From Octopus sinensis (taxonomy: Eukaryota), in the NCBI RefSeq assembly GCF_006345805.1, contig NW_021836863.1, forward strand, positions 1-36,746: a DNA stretch of 36,746 nucleotides, given 5' to 3'. This document shows positions 32,368 to 36,746 of this stretch, piece by piece (the first letter of the stretch is position 1; each line of letters begins with the position of its first letter). Both the position numbers and the translations under genes were made by a program. A model generated the notes under the pieces. The model saw only the letters and a list, made by a program, of their open reading frames with translations, was not told the DNA's origin and ran no database searches.

Positions 32368-32412
<45 letters not shown>

Positions 32413-32419
32413 GGATGGA

Positions 32420-33268
32420 TGGATGTATATGTGTGTCTGTGTTTGTTCATCCACCATCGCTTGACAACTGATGCTCGTGAGTTTACATCCCCATAACTTA
32501 GCAGTTCGGCAAAAGATACCAATAGAATAAGTCCTGGGGTTGACTCGACTCGACTAAATGTGGTGCTCCAGCATGGCCGCAGTCAAATGCCTGAAACAAG
32601 TAAAAGAAAAAAAAATACATATATATGTTTGTACCAGTTGTGTATGGTGGTTGTTGCGTTGAGTATGTTGGCACACCCAAATTTCAAGCAGGGGTATAAC
32701 AAAGGGTTTCCAGATCTGTGGTTAAATTAAAGGGTAAGGATAATATTTATAAAGAATTTGCTATTTTCGCTGGGTGTGACACCCACACCTAACGCATGCG
32801 GAATATAGACCCCTGGTAGGTACTTAGATATACAACAGGCTCTTCCTGTTTCCATCTGCCAAATCCACTTTGTTTCTTGAGCGGGGGTGGGGACACATGC
32901 CCCTTTCAGCCGCCAGCTCAACCCTTGGATCTGCCCCTACACAAGCATTTGGTCAGCCCAGTGCCATAGTAGAAGACACTTGCCCAAGGTACCATGCAGT
33001 GGGACTGAACCCAGAACTATGTCGTTGTGAAGCAAGCTTCTTACCACACACATACATTTATATATATATATATATAGACTCTTTTACTCTTTTACTTGTT
33101 TCAGCCACCTGACTGCAGCCATGCTAGAGCACCGCCTTTAATCGTGCAACTCGACCCCTCACTTATTCCATCGGTCTCTTTTGCCAAACCGCTAAGTTAC
33201 GGGGACGCAAACACACCAGCATCAGTTGTCAAGCAATGCTAGGGGGACAAACACAGACACACAAGCAT

Positions 33269-33323
<55 letters not shown>

Positions 33324-33680
33324 TACGACAGGCTTCTTTCAGTTTCCATCTACCAAATCCACTCACAAGGTTTTGGTCAGCCTGAGGCTATAGTAGAAGA
33401 CACTTGCCCAAGGTGCCACGCAGTGGGACTGAACAACCATGTGGTTGGTTAGCAAGCTACTTACCACACAGCCACTCCTGCGCCTATATATATATATATA
33501 TATATATACATACATACATATATATGACAGGCTGCTTTCAGTTTCCGTCTACCAAATCCACTCACAAGGCTTTGGTCAGCCCAGTGCCATAGTAGAAGAC
33601 ACCTGCCCAAGGTACCACGCAGTGGGACTGAACCCAGAACCATGTGGCCAGGAAGCAAGCAACTTACCACACAGCCGCAC
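32420..33680. mobile_element. SINE-A cluster (+ 32420-32612; - 32830-33050; - 33068-33484; - 33522-33680)
   Basis: Direct similarity to SINE-A. Confidence 0.82.
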
Positions 33681-34009
33681 CTGTCCTTTATGGAAGCTAA
33701 ATACAAGGAGACATATCATTCAACACTCTGCCAATCCTGCAAGGCAAGCGCCATTTCTTTCTTAAAGGATGTAACCTGATACACGAAGACTGGATGACAT
33801 TTCCCACAAAGAACTTGTCTGTGATATATATATGTATATGTATATATATATATAAACATACTTACACAAGAGTTGCCTCTTGTATATAGAATTCCACTAT
33901 GATACCATAGTCTGACACCCTTAACACCAAAGATACCCTGTCTGCTATTAGAATTCCTCTTGTAGGGATGGGGACAAGGCATGTATCTGGATGTGGGTGT
34001 ATATATGTA

Positions 34010-34045
34010 GGTGTAGGTCTGTGTGAGTATTTGTGTGTGTGTATG

Positions 34046-34111
<66 letters not shown>

Positions 34112-34353
34112 TGTGTGTATATGTATATACATTTGTGTGCATATGTATATATATATATATATATATGTAAGTATATATTTGTGTGTATATGTGTATATAT
34201 TACACATGCCTATATGAATGTATATCTGATAAATATATACATAAGTATACACACACATACACACACATCTATATATATATAAACATACATACACACAGAC
34301 ACACACAAGCACATATGTGTGCATGTATATATACACACACACATGCATATGTC

Positions 34354-34393
<40 letters not shown>

Positions 34394-34990
34394 TACATAT
34401 ATACATATATATATACATATATACACATACATACATACATACATAAATACATACATACATACATGCACAAACACATACACACATACATACACACATACAC
34501 ACACATACATACATACATACATAATATACATACATGCATATATACACATACATACATACATACATGCATACATACACACACATACATACACCATACACAC
34601 ATACTTACATACATACATATACACATACATACATACATACATGCATACATACACACACATACATATACACATACATACATATACACATACACACATACGT
34701 ACACACATACACACATACATACATACATACATACACACATACATACATATACACATACATACATACATGCATACATACACACACATACATATACACATAC
34801 ATACATACACACATACATACATACATACATACATACATACACACATACATACATACATATACACATACATACATATACACATACATACGTACATACATAC
34901 ACACATACATACAATGCATACATACATACACACACACACACATACATACACACATACACACATACACACATCCATGCATGTACATAGACA
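34010..34990. repeat. Long compound (TA)/(CA)/(TACA) microsatellite
   Basis: Direct inspection. Confidence 0.95.
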
Positions 34991-35214
34991 TACACTGATA
35001 GAAAGACAAGAGAAACCAGGATTGTCGACCACAGCGCCGGATTAAACTGTTTTAACAATGTTTATTTTGTGCCTTTGACTCTGTGTGTATATATAGGAGG
35101 GATTCCAGACATGACTAAGTGTTCCTTATATCAGTTGAATTCAATATATATATATACATATGTGCATATACATGTGTGTATATATGTATATATATATGTA
35201 TGCATATATATCTG

Positions 35215-35273
<59 letters not shown>

Positions 35274-35508
35274 GTATACATACATATACATATACATACA
35301 TATATATATATACATATATATGCAAATATACATATATACATGTTTGTGCGTGTGTATATATATCTATTACACACACACATACAATAAGTTCATTATATAC
35401 ATATATATATGTATATGTGTATATATTTGTGTGTGTGTTTGTGTGTATGGGTTCATGCTATGAATTGGTGTATGTATGCATGTATATATATATATATATA
35501 TAATATAT

Positions 35509-35563
<55 letters not shown>

Positions 35564-36065
35564 GTTAAGTACATTAATACATATATATACATATACACAC
35601 ACAGACACATGTATGTGTGTGTGTGTACATATATGTGTATATATGTGTCTGTATGCAGTGGTGGTTTTATTTTTCAATTTCTTCACAAAATAGAATGAAA
35701 TGGTTTTGGAACTGAGAAACAAGGTTCTTTTATTGGAATTTAAACATCAAATGAGCAGCCATTTTGTGGGTATATATTTATGTGTGTATGTGTGTGTGTC
35801 TGTATATATATGTGTGTGTACGTATGTATGTACAGATACATATGCATGTGTGTGCATATGGATGTTTGCATATCTATGTTTTTATGTATGCGTTTGTGCA
35901 TATGTGTGTAAGTATGTATGTATGTGTGTGTGTGTATGCATGTAAACATTTATGTATGTGTATGCATGTATGTATATATGTATGTGTGTTTGTCTTCCTT
36001 TTCTCGTTTTTACTTAGAATAAATTTTGACCAGCCGTTGATATGGTAGCCAAGTTGTGAAGGAAA

Positions 36066-36508
36066 GTATCTTGAAGAAAGCTGAGGGTGTCTTGGCATCA
36101 CTCACCAAGTCCTTCGTCAGCCGCTCTCCGGCCGTCTACCTGCGGCCTCACCTGCAATTTGCATCACCCGTCTACAACCCCTATCTTGCCCACCATATTA
36201 ATCGTCTGCAAGCAAGCCCTGCAACCAAGAGAATACCCTCCATCAGGCATTTGCCATAGTCTCTAACGCCTTACTTCTTCCCTGGCCATCGACACATTCA
36301 AACTCCGACGTCTGGCAGCTGACTTGGCAGACACCCAGACAATTATTAACCCTCTTACAAACAATAACTCTGACCACCTTTTCAAAATCCACCCGTCCAC
36401 ATGTTTACAAAGTCAGGAAACAGCAGCGCTCCTTCCATGGCTTTCCCAAACATTTTTCCACGCTGAGACTTGCTGAAGCATGGAACAAACTGCCGGCATC
36501 AGTTGTTA
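36066..36508 (+). mobile_element. Decayed CR1-clade LINE RT C-terminal fragment
   Basis: KKAEGVLASLTKSFVSRSPAVYL-RPHLQFASPVYNPYLA...ATKRIPSIRHLP*; same group as 14024-17260. Confidence 0.88.
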
Positions 36509-36746
36509 CTTGTCCCTGGACTGCAACCCCTTTGATTATTATGTGTGGGGTGCAGTTGAGCAAGGGGCCAACAAAACATCTTGTAAAAAAATGGCAGCAT
36601 TCACCAAATGAGACCATAACCTCGTGGCCTGTGCCAGGGGCGTAACCAGTGCACTTGTGCGTACCTTTTCCTTCTTTGGACACTGAACTCTGCTTGCATA
36701 GACCTGTTGAGACAAGTAAAATCGAAATCAAAATCAAAGTGAAATT

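Noticed and set aside
32688-32815. CAGGGGT...ACCCCTG hAT/Harbinger MITE
   Set aside because: Only a 7-bp inverted match and no TSD. A Harbinger-like end (GGATCTGCCCCT, ~32927-32938) nearby is an isolated fragment.

Overview
Eukaryotic, almost entirely repeat-derived window. The SINE families and the very high (AT)n/(GT)n/(CAT)n microsatellite density are what I associate with Octopus genomes (inference, not verified). No intact host gene is recognisable, and most ORFs in the track are microsatellite artefacts. Contents: (1) a near-intact 5'-truncated CR1-clade LINE (minus strand, 14024-17260). Its EN-RT ORF2 is broken by one TAG and has no AUG before the endonuclease, with a G GGA AAC slippery site at the ORF1 stop. 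It is bracketed at both ends by ~130-bp inverted repeats carrying a variant minimal hammerhead fold. (2) A decayed R4/Dong-like RT element with nested SINE and RTE insertions. (3) An internally deleted mariner. (4) Three Helitrons sharing one 3' geometry. (5) Two copies of a Penelope-type terminal repeat with a minimal type I hammerhead. (6) At least five tRNA-like or V-like SINE families; labels A-F are my working names. (7) Several palindromic/foldback elements, one with telomeric TTAGGG repeats in its arms. (8) A 15-unit 107-bp satellite. Two small non-repetitive islands carry splice-like signals.
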